Below are positions 10,124 through 18,752 of a DNA stretch of 64,000 bases, piece by piece. The stretch lies in contig DASZZN010000012.1 in the NCBI GenBank assembly GCA_035544955.1, positions 154,685 through 218,684 of the forward strand. The letters run 5' to 3'. The stretch's first letter is position 1. Each line of letters begins with the position of its first letter. Under the pieces are notes generated by a model. It was given only the letters and a program-made list of their open reading frames with translations. It was not told the origin of the DNA and did not search any database. This DNA is from Candidatus Dormiibacterota bacterium (GTDB lineage Bacteria; Chloroflexota; Dormibacteria; CF-121). A program made the translations under genes and the position numbers.

Positions 10124-11605
10124 ATGGAAGCGGTGGATCGCGATCAGCTACTGGGCCGGATTCGCGGCGTGGTTGGCGATCACTACGCGTTCGCGGATCC
10201 CTACGAGATGCGGCTCTACCAGTACGACGCCAGTCCCGAGACGGCGCTGCCGGATATCGTCGTCATCCCGGGGACGGCGAAGGAGGTCGCGCAGCTTGTC
10301 AAGATGTGCTGCGACGCCGGCGTGCCGATCACGGCGCGCTCAGGCGCCAGCAGCCTGGCCGGGGGCACCGTCCCGGTCGAGGGCGGAGTCGTCATCACGT
10401 TCGCCCGGATGGACCGCATCCTCGAGATCGATATCGACAACCTGCGCGCGGTGGTCCAGCCCGGTGTCGTCAACCTGGCGCTGAGTCAGGCGCTCAAACC
10501 GCATGGCTACTACTACGCACCCGACCCGTCGAGCCAGGGTGCTTGCACCATAGGAGGGAACGTCGCCACCAACGCCGGTGGCCCGCACACCCTCCTCTAC
10601 GGCGTCACGGTCAACCACGTCACCGGCCTCGAGGTCGCCCTCGCCAGCGGCGAGCTGGTGCAAGTCGGCGGGCGCAACGTCGCGGAGGCCATCGGCTATG
10701 ACCTGACAGGTGTCCTGGTCGGATCGGAGGGAACGATGGGGGTCGTCACGCGGGTCTGGGTGAAGATCCAGCCCCTGCCGCCGGTGCAAAAGACCTTGAT
10801 GGCTGTCTACCCCGATGTTGCCTCCGCGAGCAACGCCGTGTCCGCCATCGTGCGTACCGGGATCCTTCCCGCCGCCATGGAGATGATGGACAAGCTCTCC
10901 ATCCAGGCGATCGAAGCGGCATCGCACGCGGGCTATCCACTGGATGCCGGCGCGGTCTTGCTGCTCGAAGTCGACGGCACGCCAGAGGTCGCCGAGGAGC
11001 TCGGCGAGCGGATGGCGAAGGTCTGTCGCGAGAACGGTGCCACCGAGGTGCGTGTCGCGCGCAACGAGGGGGAACGCCAGGCACTCTGGAAAGGCCGCAA
11101 GGGGGCGTTCTCCGCGATGGGTCGCCTATCGTCCGATTTCTACGTGATGGATGGCGTCGTGCCGCGAACCAAGTTGCCCGAGACGCTCGCGAAGATCGAC
11201 GCCATCAGCGAGCGAACCGGCTTCAAGATTTGCAATGTCTTCCATGCGGGCGACGGCAATCTTCACCCCCTCGTCCTTTTCGACGCCTTCAAAGCCGGCC
11301 AGTATGAAGCGGTGCTGCGGATCGGGGACGAGATCCTGAAACTCTGCGCGGATGCCGGCGGATCGGTGACCGGGGAACACGGAATCGGGCTGGAAAAGCG
11401 TGAGAACATCCGCTACGTCTTTTCCGACGACGACCTCGAGGTGATGGATCGTGTTCGCCGTGTTTTCGATCCGCAACGCCTGATGAACCCCGGAAAAGTG
11501 TTTCCCAGCAAAGGCGCCAAGCCTCCACGTGTGCCGATACCGGAAGGATCCCCTCGACGACAGCCGCGCGCCGCCGTTCCCGCGGGAGACGACGTGTGGG
11601 TGTGA
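10124..11605 (+). CDS. glcD: glycolate oxidase subunit GlcD (FAD-linked oxidase)
   Basis: FAD-binding PCMH-domain motifs (RSGASSLAGG, GEHGIGL). ATG at 10124 (MEAVDRDQLL). The ORF track's upstream 5' extension is out of frame with lctP. Confidence 0.85.
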   Translation: MEAVDRDQLLGRIRGVVGDHYAFADPYEMRLYQYDASPETALPDIVVIPGTAKEVAQLVKMCCDAGVPITARSGASSLAGGTVPVEGGVVITFARMDRILEIDIDNLRAVVQPGVVNLALSQALKPHGYYYAPDPSSQGACTIGGNVATNAGGPHTLLYGVTVNHVTGLEVALASGELVQVGGRNVAEAIGYDLTGVLVGSEGTMGVVTRVWVKIQPLPPVQKTLMAVYPDVASASNAVSAIVRTGILPAAMEMMDKLSIQAIEAASHAGYPLDAGAVLLLEVDGTPEVAEELGERMAKVCRENGATEVRVARNEGERQALWKGRKGAFSAMGRLSSDFYVMDGVVPRTKLPETLAKIDAISERTGFKICNVFHAGDGNLHPLVLFDAFKAGQYEAVLRIGDEILKLCADAGGSVTGEHGIGLEKRENIRYVFSDDDLEVMDRVRRVFDPQRLMNPGKVFPSKGAKPPRVPIPEGSPRRQPRAAVPAGDDVWV

Positions 11606-12885
11606 AGGCGCGTCCGCAAGCATTGCCCGGGCAAGAGATCACCGTCGACGAGCAACGAACCTTCAGCGTGGATGGTCTGTTGCCGTCGACCGTGATGCGC
11701 CCGAACGATGCCGGTGAAGCCGCGCGTGACCTGCACGCCTGTGACGAGGGGCCGGCCGCCGTCGTGGTCTGGGGCGGAGGGACGCAGATGCGGCTGGGCG
11801 CCCCACCCAGGCGGTACGAGGTTGCGTTTTCGACCGAACGGATGACGCGTCTGCTCGAGTACGAGCCGGCCGACCTCACCTGCCGAGTCGAGGCAGGGAT
11901 GCGGCTCAGCGACCTGCAGGCGGCGCTGCGGGCCCAGGGTCAGAGGCTCCCGCTCGATCCACCGCATCCCGAACACGCGACGGTCGGCGGGATGGTCGCA
12001 GCCAACACCAACGGCCTTACCCGCGGGCGCTATGGCACCGTCCGCGACTGGGTGATCGGCATCGCAGTGGCGTACCCGTCTGGCAAGGTCGCGCGAGCGG
12101 GCGGCAAGGTTGTCAAGAACGTCGCGGGCTATGACCTGATGAAGCTGCACATCGGCGCGCTCGGCACGCTGGGCGTGGTCGCGGAAGTGAACTTCAAAGT
12201 CCAGGCCCGGCCCGAGGCGGAAGCGACGTTGCTGGCCCACTTCGAGGCGCCGGGGCCCGCCCTCGCGGTGGGGCTCAAGCTGGCCCGCCAGTACCTCGCG
12301 CCCGCTGCCGCCATCGTCCTCGACGGTGAGACCTTTTCCGAGTTTCTCCCTCCCCCGCATGCAGGGGAGGGTCGGGGTGGGGGCCCGGCCCAGTGGACCC
12401 TCGCTCTGAAGCTGGAAGGCTATGCCCGCGAGGTCGATGCGGCCAAGGACGTGGCCATTGGGTTCATCCACGAGTCCGGCGGCGTTGTCGATGAACCGGG
12501 GATCCCGCCCTCTTTCTGGGACGCCGCCAGGGACTGGTCCGCTCCCGCGGACGAGGGGGTGGTGCTTCGCGCCGTCGTTCCTCTTAACTCAAGCCAAAAC
12601 TTGATCGCGGCCGTTCGGGCGGATGCCCGGGTGCTGGCCCAGCCCGCGTCGGGCGTGGTCGACGTCCGGGTGCCGGCGACATCGGCCGCCGGGACCCTCT
12701 CACGGTTGCGCGACGCGGCCGGCGCCGAGGGGCAGGTGGTGGTCGCTGCGGCTCCCGTCGCCGTCAAACAGGCCGTTGACGTCTGGGGACCGCCGCCACC
12801 CGGCTTTCCCATCATGCGTGCCCTCAAGCAGGCCCTCGATCCGAATGGGATCCTCAACCCGGGCCGGTTCGTGGGCGGGATTTAG
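11596..12885 (+). CDS. glcE: glycolate oxidase FAD-binding subunit GlcE
   Basis: FAD-binding-domain protein (VVWGGGTQM, KNVAGYDL) overlapping the glcD stop. Contains an in-frame insertion encoded by repeat copy B (FLPPPHAGEGRGGGP). Confidence 0.8.
   Translation: MGVKARPQALPGQEITVDEQRTFSVDGLLPSTVMRPNDAGEAARDLHACDEGPAAVVVWGGGTQMRLGAPPRRYEVAFSTERMTRLLEYEPADLTCRVEAGMRLSDLQAALRAQGQRLPLDPPHPEHATVGGMVAANTNGLTRGRYGTVRDWVIGIAVAYPSGKVARAGGKVVKNVAGYDLMKLHIGALGTLGVVAEVNFKVQARPEAEATLLAHFEAPGPALAVGLKLARQYLAPAAAIVLDGETFSEFLPPPHAGEGRGGGPAQWTLALKLEGYAREVDAAKDVAIGFIHESGGVVDEPGIPPSFWDAARDWSAPADEGVVLRAVVPLNSSQNLIAAVRADARVLAQPASGVVDVRVPATSAAGTLSRLRDAAGAEGQVVVAAAPVAVKQAVDVWGPPPPGFPIMRALKQALDPNGILNPGRFVGGI
12346..12383. 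repeat. palindromic G4-type repeat element, copy B (in-frame inside glcE)
   Basis: CTCCCTCCCCC-GCATGCA-GGGGAGGG-TCGGGGTGGGGG. Same family and orientation as copies A and C. Confidence 0.6.
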
Positions 12886-12895
12886 TGGTGAGCCG

Positions 12896-14254
12896 ATGAC
12901 CGAACTGTCCACCCTCGACTTCAAGGCGCAGCTCCAGCGGGATGGCGTGCCAACCCCGGCCACCGGCATCGACATGGACCTGGTCCGCGACTGCATTCAC
13001 TGCGGGCTCTGCCTCCCCAAGTGCCCGACCTTCCGCACCCTGCACCACGAGGGCGACAGCCCGCGCGGGCGGATGTGGCAAATCAAAGAGGCGACGCTCG
13101 GCCTGGTGGCCTTCGATGACCCGCGCTTTCAGGCCCACATCTATCAGTGCTTCAACTGCCGTGCTTGCGAAACCGCCTGCCCGTCCGGCGTCCAGTTCGG
13201 AACCGTGATGGAGATGGCTCGTGCGAAGACCCCACCCCAGAATCGCCGCGACCGGATGGTGCGGGCCGTGCTCCTCAACGGGTTGCTGCCGCATCCGCGT
13301 CGCTTGAAGATCGCCGGCTGGCTCTACCGCGCCACGCGCGCGCTGCGGCTGTCTGCGCTCTTACGCCGGAGCGGCGCCTGGAAGGTCCTGCCTCTGGGCA
13401 AGTTTGCGGCCTTCCCGCCCGTGGGTGATACGAGTCCGTATCGGACGCCACTGCCTGCGCTGACTCCGGCGCAGGGCGCCCGTCGCGCCCGCGTCGGCCT
13501 GCTGACCGGCTGTGTCCAAGACGAGATGTTCCGGGGCACGAATCGCCGCACCGCGCTCGCCCTCGCGCGCAACGGCTGCGACGTGATCGTGCCATCGGCG
13601 CGCGTGTGCTGCGGCGCCCTGGCCTCGCACGCCGGGGAGGCGCAGACCGCCGAGCACCTCGCCGGCCTGACCATGGACGCTTTTGGCGGCCCGGGCCTCG
13701 ACGCGGTGGTCGTCAACGCTGCGGGCTGCGGCTCGAACATGAAGGAGTACGAGGTGCAGCTCCGCAATGACGCCGGGCGCCGGGAGGCCACGCCGGCTTT
13801 CTCCAAGACGGTGAAGGATGCCTCGGAGTTCCTGATCGCGCTCGGCCTCCAACCACCGACTCGCGCCATCCGCCTCAAAGTCGCCTACCAGGACCCGTGC
13901 CACCTGTTGCACGGCCAGAAGGTGCACCGGCAGCCGAGACAGGTCCTCGCCATGATTCCCGGCATCGAGCTCGTCGAGATGAAGGAGTCAGATTGGTGTT
14001 GCGGCTCGGCTGGTGTCTACAACCTGACCCACCCGGAGATCTCCGAAGAGGCGCTCGGTTGGAAGGTGCGGAACATCATCGATTGCGGTGCGCAAGTGAT
14101 CGCATCGGCCAACCCCGGGTGCGTCCTTCAGGTTGGGATGGGGCTGCAGCGCGCGGGCCACGACGTTCCCGTCGTTCATGTCATGGACCTGCTGGGCTGG
14201 GCGTACGGCGACGATCAGCAGCGCCCGCCGATCGTCCGCCGGGCGATGGCGTGA
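12896..14254 (+). CDS. glcF: glycolate oxidase iron-sulfur subunit GlcF
   Basis: Two ferredoxin-type 4Fe-4S motifs (CIHCGLCLPKCP, CFNCRACETACP) and C-terminal CCG domains. ATG at 12896 (MTELSTLDF). Confidence 0.8.
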   Translation: MTELSTLDFKAQLQRDGVPTPATGIDMDLVRDCIHCGLCLPKCPTFRTLHHEGDSPRGRMWQIKEATLGLVAFDDPRFQAHIYQCFNCRACETACPSGVQFGTVMEMARAKTPPQNRRDRMVRAVLLNGLLPHPRRLKIAGWLYRATRALRLSALLRRSGAWKVLPLGKFAAFPPVGDTSPYRTPLPALTPAQGARRARVGLLTGCVQDEMFRGTNRRTALALARNGCDVIVPSARVCCGALASHAGEAQTAEHLAGLTMDAFGGPGLDAVVVNAAGCGSNMKEYEVQLRNDAGRREATPAFSKTVKDASEFLIALGLQPPTRAIRLKVAYQDPCHLLHGQKVHRQPRQVLAMIPGIELVEMKESDWCCGSAGVYNLTHPEISEEALGWKVRNIIDCGAQVIASANPGCVLQVGMGLQRAGHDVPVVHVMDLLGWAYGDDQQRPPIVRRAMA

Positions 14255-15303
14255 GGGAGGTGACGCTCGATCATCAGCCCGCCTTCGACGATCCCTGGCT
14301 CGATCAGCTGGCCACCCGCTTATGGTCGAAGCCGGAGTTTTCGATGGTCCCGATCGACCTCGAGGAGGTGCCGGCACAGCCGTACGCCGGTCGTCGCCTC
14401 GACGACCAGGGACCTCGGGTCGTGTTCTTCGGCATCCCGTCGGACTACGGGACCGCATTTCTGCTGCACCTGATCGAAAAGCGCGTCAACCTCGTGGCCG
14501 TTGTCTGCAGCACGCGCTGGCAACGCACTCACCCCAAGGCCGACTTGATCGCGCGAATTGCCGGGTATCTCGGCCGTCCGGTGGAGGTGACGGCCGACGC
14601 TAACTCGGATGCGTTTGTCCGCTGCCTCAGTGCCTACGAGCCCGACATCGTCGTCATGGCCAGCTTCGACCAGATCCTCGCGGCGCAGACGCTGGCCGTC
14701 CCGACCCGCGGCTGGCTCAACGTCCACCCGTCGCTGCTTCCCCGCCACCGTGGCCCAGAGCCGATCTACTGGACGATCGTCAATGGCGACCGGGAGGCCG
14801 GCATCACCGTCCACCAGACCGTGCCGCGGATCGACGCCGGGCCGATTCTGGCTCAACGGCGGGTCGAGGTTTACGACGAGGACACCGCGGGCACGCTCAG
14901 CAAACGGCTGGTGACGGAAGGCCTCGGCGCCCTTGACGAGACGCTGGCGCGACTGGAGGCTGGCCGGGCCGAGGGCATCGTTCCCCAGGCGGGCAGCGGG
15001 AGCTATGAGCCACCGGTCCGCCAGGTCGGGCTCGACTGGGACCAGCCGTTCGAGCAGATCGAGCGGCTGGTGCGTGCGGGCGACCCGGACCAGCCCCCCT
15101 TCTTCACCTATCGAGGCCGGCGCCGCTATGTCTACGGGATCCGAAGGGTGCGAGCCCGCTCCCGCGAAGGCCCTGGCGTCATTTCACCGCTTCCCGCAGG
15201 AGAGATGCTGGCGGCGGCAAAAGACACCGTCGTGGCGGTCCGCTGGCGGCCGGTCGGGCACACCCACGCGCTCCGCCCGCTGGCCAAACAGCAATTTCCC
15301 TAG
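14251..15303 (+). CDS. formyltransferase-family protein (methionyl-tRNA formyltransferase-like)
   Basis: Formyl-transferase signature HPSLLPRHRGPEPIYWTIVNGDREAGITVH. GTG start overlapping the glcF stop. Start uncertain. Confidence 0.6.
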   Translation: MREVTLDHQPAFDDPWLDQLATRLWSKPEFSMVPIDLEEVPAQPYAGRRLDDQGPRVVFFGIPSDYGTAFLLHLIEKRVNLVAVVCSTRWQRTHPKADLIARIAGYLGRPVEVTADANSDAFVRCLSAYEPDIVVMASFDQILAAQTLAVPTRGWLNVHPSLLPRHRGPEPIYWTIVNGDREAGITVHQTVPRIDAGPILAQRRVEVYDEDTAGTLSKRLVTEGLGALDETLARLEAGRAEGIVPQAGSGSYEPPVRQVGLDWDQPFEQIERLVRAGDPDQPPFFTYRGRRRYVYGIRRVRARSREGPGVISPLPAGEMLAAAKDTVVAVRWRPVGHTHALRPLAKQQFP

Positions 15304-15359
15304 CCGGCGTCACCGCTCCGTTACAGATCGAATCTGACCGAATTCGCGGGGGTTGGCCT

Positions 15360-15365
15360 TATAAT
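15360..15365 (+). promoter_or_regulatory. consensus -10 hexamer TATAAT, 9 nt upstream of the hesB-like ATG (leaderless mRNA)
   Basis: TATAAT at 15360-15365 and ATG at 15375. There is no room for a Shine-Dalgarno sequence. Confidence 0.5.
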
Positions 15366-15374
15366 GACTTCAAT

Positions 15375-15767
15375 ATGGCTCAGGAAATGATCGAACAAGA
15401 CACCCAACTGATCAGTATTACGGACTCCGCCCTCACACAGTTGCGTGACCTCTTGCAGAAGCAGGGACGCCCGGAGATGGGCCTGCGCGTCTTCGTCCAG
15501 CCAGGCGGCTGCTCGGGCATGTCCTATGGCATGGGCTTCGAGGATCGCCCCGAAGACGGCGACGCGATCAGCAACGTCGGTGGCGTGCGGCTGTTTGTCG
15601 ACTCGGTCAGCGCGCAGTACATCAAGGGTGCCGAGATCGATTTCGTTGACAGCCTGATGGGCGGCGGTTTTACGGTGCACAACCCCAACGCCGTCTCGAG
15701 CTGCTCATGCGGTAGCTCGTTCGACACCGGCGGCGACGCCGGCACCGCTCGCGGCTGCAGCCACTAG
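15375..15767 (+). CDS. HesB/IscA-family iron-sulfur cluster insertion protein
   Basis: 130 aa with the conserved Cys triad (GGCSG ... SCSCGSSF) of A-type carriers. Confidence 0.8.
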   Translation: MAQEMIEQDTQLISITDSALTQLRDLLQKQGRPEMGLRVFVQPGGCSGMSYGMGFEDRPEDGDAISNVGGVRLFVDSVSAQYIKGAEIDFVDSLMGGGFTVHNPNAVSSCSCGSSFDTGGDAGTARGCSH

Positions 15768-15908
15768 ACCCAGAGCCCCGCACCGACGACGCGTTTTCAT
15801 CACTGTGAAACCGTGTCAGAAAATGAGTGCTGTTCGGGAGCATTTTTCACTCTCCTCGTGGCTTGACCGCGCCGCCATCCGGCCTTACGCTGATAGCCCC
15901 TGAGGGAG

Positions 15909-16340
15909 ATGATGGCGCCCCAGCCCCGCGTCCTGATGGTCGAAGATCATCCGGACATTGCTGATCTCTATCAGCTCAAGCTTCAACTCGAGGGTTATCG
16001 CGTCGCCGTCGCGTCGGACGGTGCCGTCGGGCTGAGCATGGCCCGCTCCCTGATGCCCGACCTCATCCTGCTCGATATCCATATGGCGCAGCTCGACGGG
16101 CTGCAGGTGCTCGCCGCGCTGCGCGAGGACAAGGCCACCGACGAAGTCCCGGTCATCGTCTGCAGCGAAGATGACAGCCCGCAGCTGATCCAGGAGGCGC
16201 ACCGACTGGGCGCGGTCGCCTACCTGGTGAAAGTGAATCTTTTGCCCAGTCGCCTCAGCCAGACCGTTGGCGATGTGCTGGGCCAACGGGGCGAGTTCAC
16301 CATCCAGGCCGGCCGCCCCGGTGCCCGGGAAGCGTCCTGA
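15909..16340 (+). CDS. single-domain response regulator (REC only)
   Basis: CheY-like receiver: VLMVEDHPD, phospho-acceptor region DLILLDIHMAQLDG, conserved K in YLVK. Confidence 0.7.
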   Translation: MMAPQPRVLMVEDHPDIADLYQLKLQLEGYRVAVASDGAVGLSMARSLMPDLILLDIHMAQLDGLQVLAALREDKATDEVPVIVCSEDDSPQLIQEAHRLGAVAYLVKVNLLPSRLSQTVGDVLGQRGEFTIQAGRPGAREAS

Positions 16341-16413
16341 CCCGCGCAAAGTCTTAGCTCCCTCTTAGCTGGCCATCATCGTTTCGTAAGGGTGCACCAT
16401 CCATGATGAGGTC

Positions 16414-17280
16414 GTGATCGCGGAGCCTTTCGGCGCGCCAGAGCCGCCTTCAAGCCCGCCACCGCCGCCGCCACCGTCGGCGGCACCGCGAGGTGGTGGT
16501 CCGGGCTCTCGGACCGTGCTCCTGACGGCCGTGGTCGTGATCGGCGGACTCGCCGGCGGCGTGCTGGGCGCGGAGGCGGTCATCAGCCGCCTGCCTGCGG
16601 CAGCCGCCCCTTCAGCGAGCTCGAGTACGACATCGTCATCGACGACCAGCACAGTCGCCGCGCAGCCGTTGACCGCCGCCGCGATCTACCAGAAGGCCGC
16701 GCCGGGGGTGGTGACCATCACCACCGAGCTTGCTCGCCGCGGTCGGGTCGGCGAGGGCACCGGATCGGGAATCGTGCTCGATACCGCCGGCAACATCCTG
16801 ACCAATGAGCATGTGATATCCGGGGCGAGCCAGATCCAGGTGACGTTCAGCGACGGCAAAACGGTGGCTGCCACAGTGGCCGGGTCGAGCACCAGCGCCG
16901 ACCTGGCGGTCGTTCACGTTTCGGTGGCGGCGTCGAGCCTGCACCCGCTCGCGCTCGGGGACTCGAACACGGTTCGCGTTGGCGACGCGGCATATGCCAT
17001 CGGCGCCCCCTTCGGACTCGCCGAAACGATGACGTCGGGTGTCATCTCCGGGCTCAATCGGAGTAATCAGAGCACCGGGCTCACCGGCCTGATCCAGACC
17101 GACGCGCCAATCAACCCCGGGAACTCGGGTGGCGCATTGCTGAACTCGCTTGGTCAGGTGGTGGGCATCAACGATTCCATTGAGAGCCCCGTTGCCGGCA
17201 ATGTGGGCGTCGGATTCGCTATCCCGATCAACGCCGCCAAGAAGCTCCTGACCACGCTCGAGGGTGGCGCGAACCAGTAA
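16414..17280 (+). CDS. trypsin-like serine protease (S1C/HtrA-like, no PDZ)
   Basis: Catalytic motifs TNEHV, DLAV and GNSGGAL. N-terminal Pro-rich and Ser/Thr-rich segment after a TM helix. GTG start. Confidence 0.75.
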   Translation: MIAEPFGAPEPPSSPPPPPPPSAAPRGGGPGSRTVLLTAVVVIGGLAGGVLGAEAVISRLPAAAAPSASSSTTSSSTTSTVAAQPLTAAAIYQKAAPGVVTITTELARRGRVGEGTGSGIVLDTAGNILTNEHVISGASQIQVTFSDGKTVAATVAGSSTSADLAVVHVSVAASSLHPLALGDSNTVRVGDAAYAIGAPFGLAETMTSGVISGLNRSNQSTGLTGLIQTDAPINPGNSGGALLNSLGQVVGINDSIESPVAGNVGVGFAIPINAAKKLLTTLEGGANQ

Positions 17281-17334
17281 CGTTAGCGAATTCCCATCAT
17301 CGCGTTCGTCATCTTCCTGGTCATCGCCGTCCTG

Positions 17335-17589
17335 GTGATTAATCCTGCCGGTATTGGCCGGCGAGTCTTTTCTCCTTACTACGCCTACATCGATCACATG
17401 CCCCGCACGCTTCGCCTTGGCTGGCAGGGCGTGACGCTGCTGATCGCGGTGCTGTTTCTCGCGTCGACGCTATTTCCCGCTCAGGTCAACGCGTTATTGC
17501 GGCTCGCTAACCCCTGGGGTGGGTTGCTTCTGTTTTTCGTCGCCGTCATCATCTTCGTCGGGATCGTTGGACAACGGCCGCGTCGCTAA
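17335..17589 (+). CDS. small hypothetical membrane protein
   Basis: 84 aa with two predicted TM helices. GTG start. An in-frame hydrophobic stretch lies upstream after a TAG, so the start is uncertain. Confidence 0.3.
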   Translation: MINPAGIGRRVFSPYYAYIDHMPRTLRLGWQGVTLLIAVLFLASTLFPAQVNALLRLANPWGGLLLFFVAVIIFVGIVGQRPRR

Positions 17590-17604
17590 CCGAGGATTCC
17601 TGAG

Positions 17605-18129
17605 CTACGGCTCGAGGATGTGGACCGCAGTGAGGTTCCGGTAAAGCTCGTCGAAATCGAGCCCGTAGCCGACGACAAACTCGTTGGGGATGTCAAACCC
17701 CTTGTAGGAGATCGGGACCGGCGTGATGCGGCGTTCCTCTTTGTTGAGAAGGACGCAGAGCTTCAGCGACTTCGGTCGATGGCGCTGGACATGGTCGAAC
17801 AAGAACGAGGTCGTCAACCCAGTGTCGATGATGTCCTCCACCATCAAGACGTCACGCCCGGTGACGTCCATGGTGAGGTCCTTGAGCAGTTGGACGTGTC
17901 CCGATGATTGGGTTTCGGCACCGTAGCTGCTGACCGCGACGTAATCGAAGTTCACGGGGACTGTCAGATGGCGGCTGAGGTCCGTCGCGAAACAGACTGA
18001 GCCCTTGAGAACCGAGAGCAGGATGAGCGGTCGCTCCAGGCCCTGGTAGTCCCGGGAAACTTGCTCAGCCATCTCGCGCACGCATTTCTGGATGGCATCG
18101 CCGCTGATCAGCTCCCGTCCTAGCTTCAA
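17605..18129 (-). CDS. hpt: hypoxanthine-guanine phosphoribosyltransferase
   Basis: PRPP-binding motif VLMVEDIIDTGLT and typical 174 aa length. Confidence 0.85.
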   Translation of the reverse strand: MKLGRELISGDAIQKCVREMAEQVSRDYQGLERPLILLSVLKGSVCFATDLSRHLTVPVNFDYVAVSSYGAETQSSGHVQLLKDLTMDVTGRDVLMVEDIIDTGLTTSFLFDHVQRHRPKSLKLCVLLNKEERRITPVPISYKGFDIPNEFVVGYGLDFDELYRNLTAVHILEP

Positions 18130-18153
18130 TTTGGTCTCGAGGATGGCATCACT

Positions 18154-18669
18154 TTACCCGGTCGGCGCGATCAGAAAGATCCAGATATCCCAGGAGACAT
18201 GACTGATGATCAGCGGAGCGAGGCGTTGTTCTTTCGCATAGAGCGCCCCCCAGTAGAGGCCGGCTGTGGCCGCGGCACCGGTAAGCGTCAGGTTTGCGGA
18301 CACGAGGTGGACGCCGCCGTAGATCGACGACGCGATCAGTGTGCCGCGGACGCGTCCGTAGCGTCGCATCAGGCCTCGCTGAACCAGACCTCGCCAGAAC
18401 AGTTCCTCGCCAGGGCCAATGACAAGACCGAGCGCCGTTGCGATCGCGGGGCGTGGGCCCGCCGTCCGCAGCTCGTAGATCCGGCCGATCTCGCGATCGC
18501 CGGCGGGCATGATTCGCCGCGCCATCCGGTCGCCGACCTGGAAGATTGCGTACAGTCCAGCCGCCGAACCCAACCCCTTGGCGAAATCCCGGAGGCGCGG
18601 CCGTTCGCGGCGCAGGGCGGGCTCGGCGGCAAGTGCGTAGGCGCCCAGGCCGCCAACCCCAAGCGTCAT
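18154..18669 (-). CDS. CPBP-family intramembrane metalloprotease (CAAX protease/Abi)
   Basis: EExxxR motif (EELFWRG) and second motif (HLVSAN) in a polytopic membrane protein. Confidence 0.7.
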   Translation of the reverse strand: MTLGVGGLGAYALAAEPALRRERPRLRDFAKGLGSAAGLYAIFQVGDRMARRIMPAGDREIGRIYELRTAGPRPAIATALGLVIGPGEELFWRGLVQRGLMRRYGRVRGTLIASSIYGGVHLVSANLTLTGAAATAGLYWGALYAKEQRLAPLIISHVSWDIWIFLIAPTG

Positions 18670-18752
18670 CCGGAGCCAGAACTGCGACCGCGGTCCGCGG
18701 AAGGCGGCCGTCCAGACCGCGGCGGCCAGGCCCAGGCCGGCAATAACGCGCT

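Noticed and set aside
10340-12471. Antisense ORFs opposite glcD and glcE (10340..10927-, 11126..11623-, 11413..12471-)
   Set aside because: No domain signatures. They are opposite well-supported genes and show typical GC-frame artefacts.
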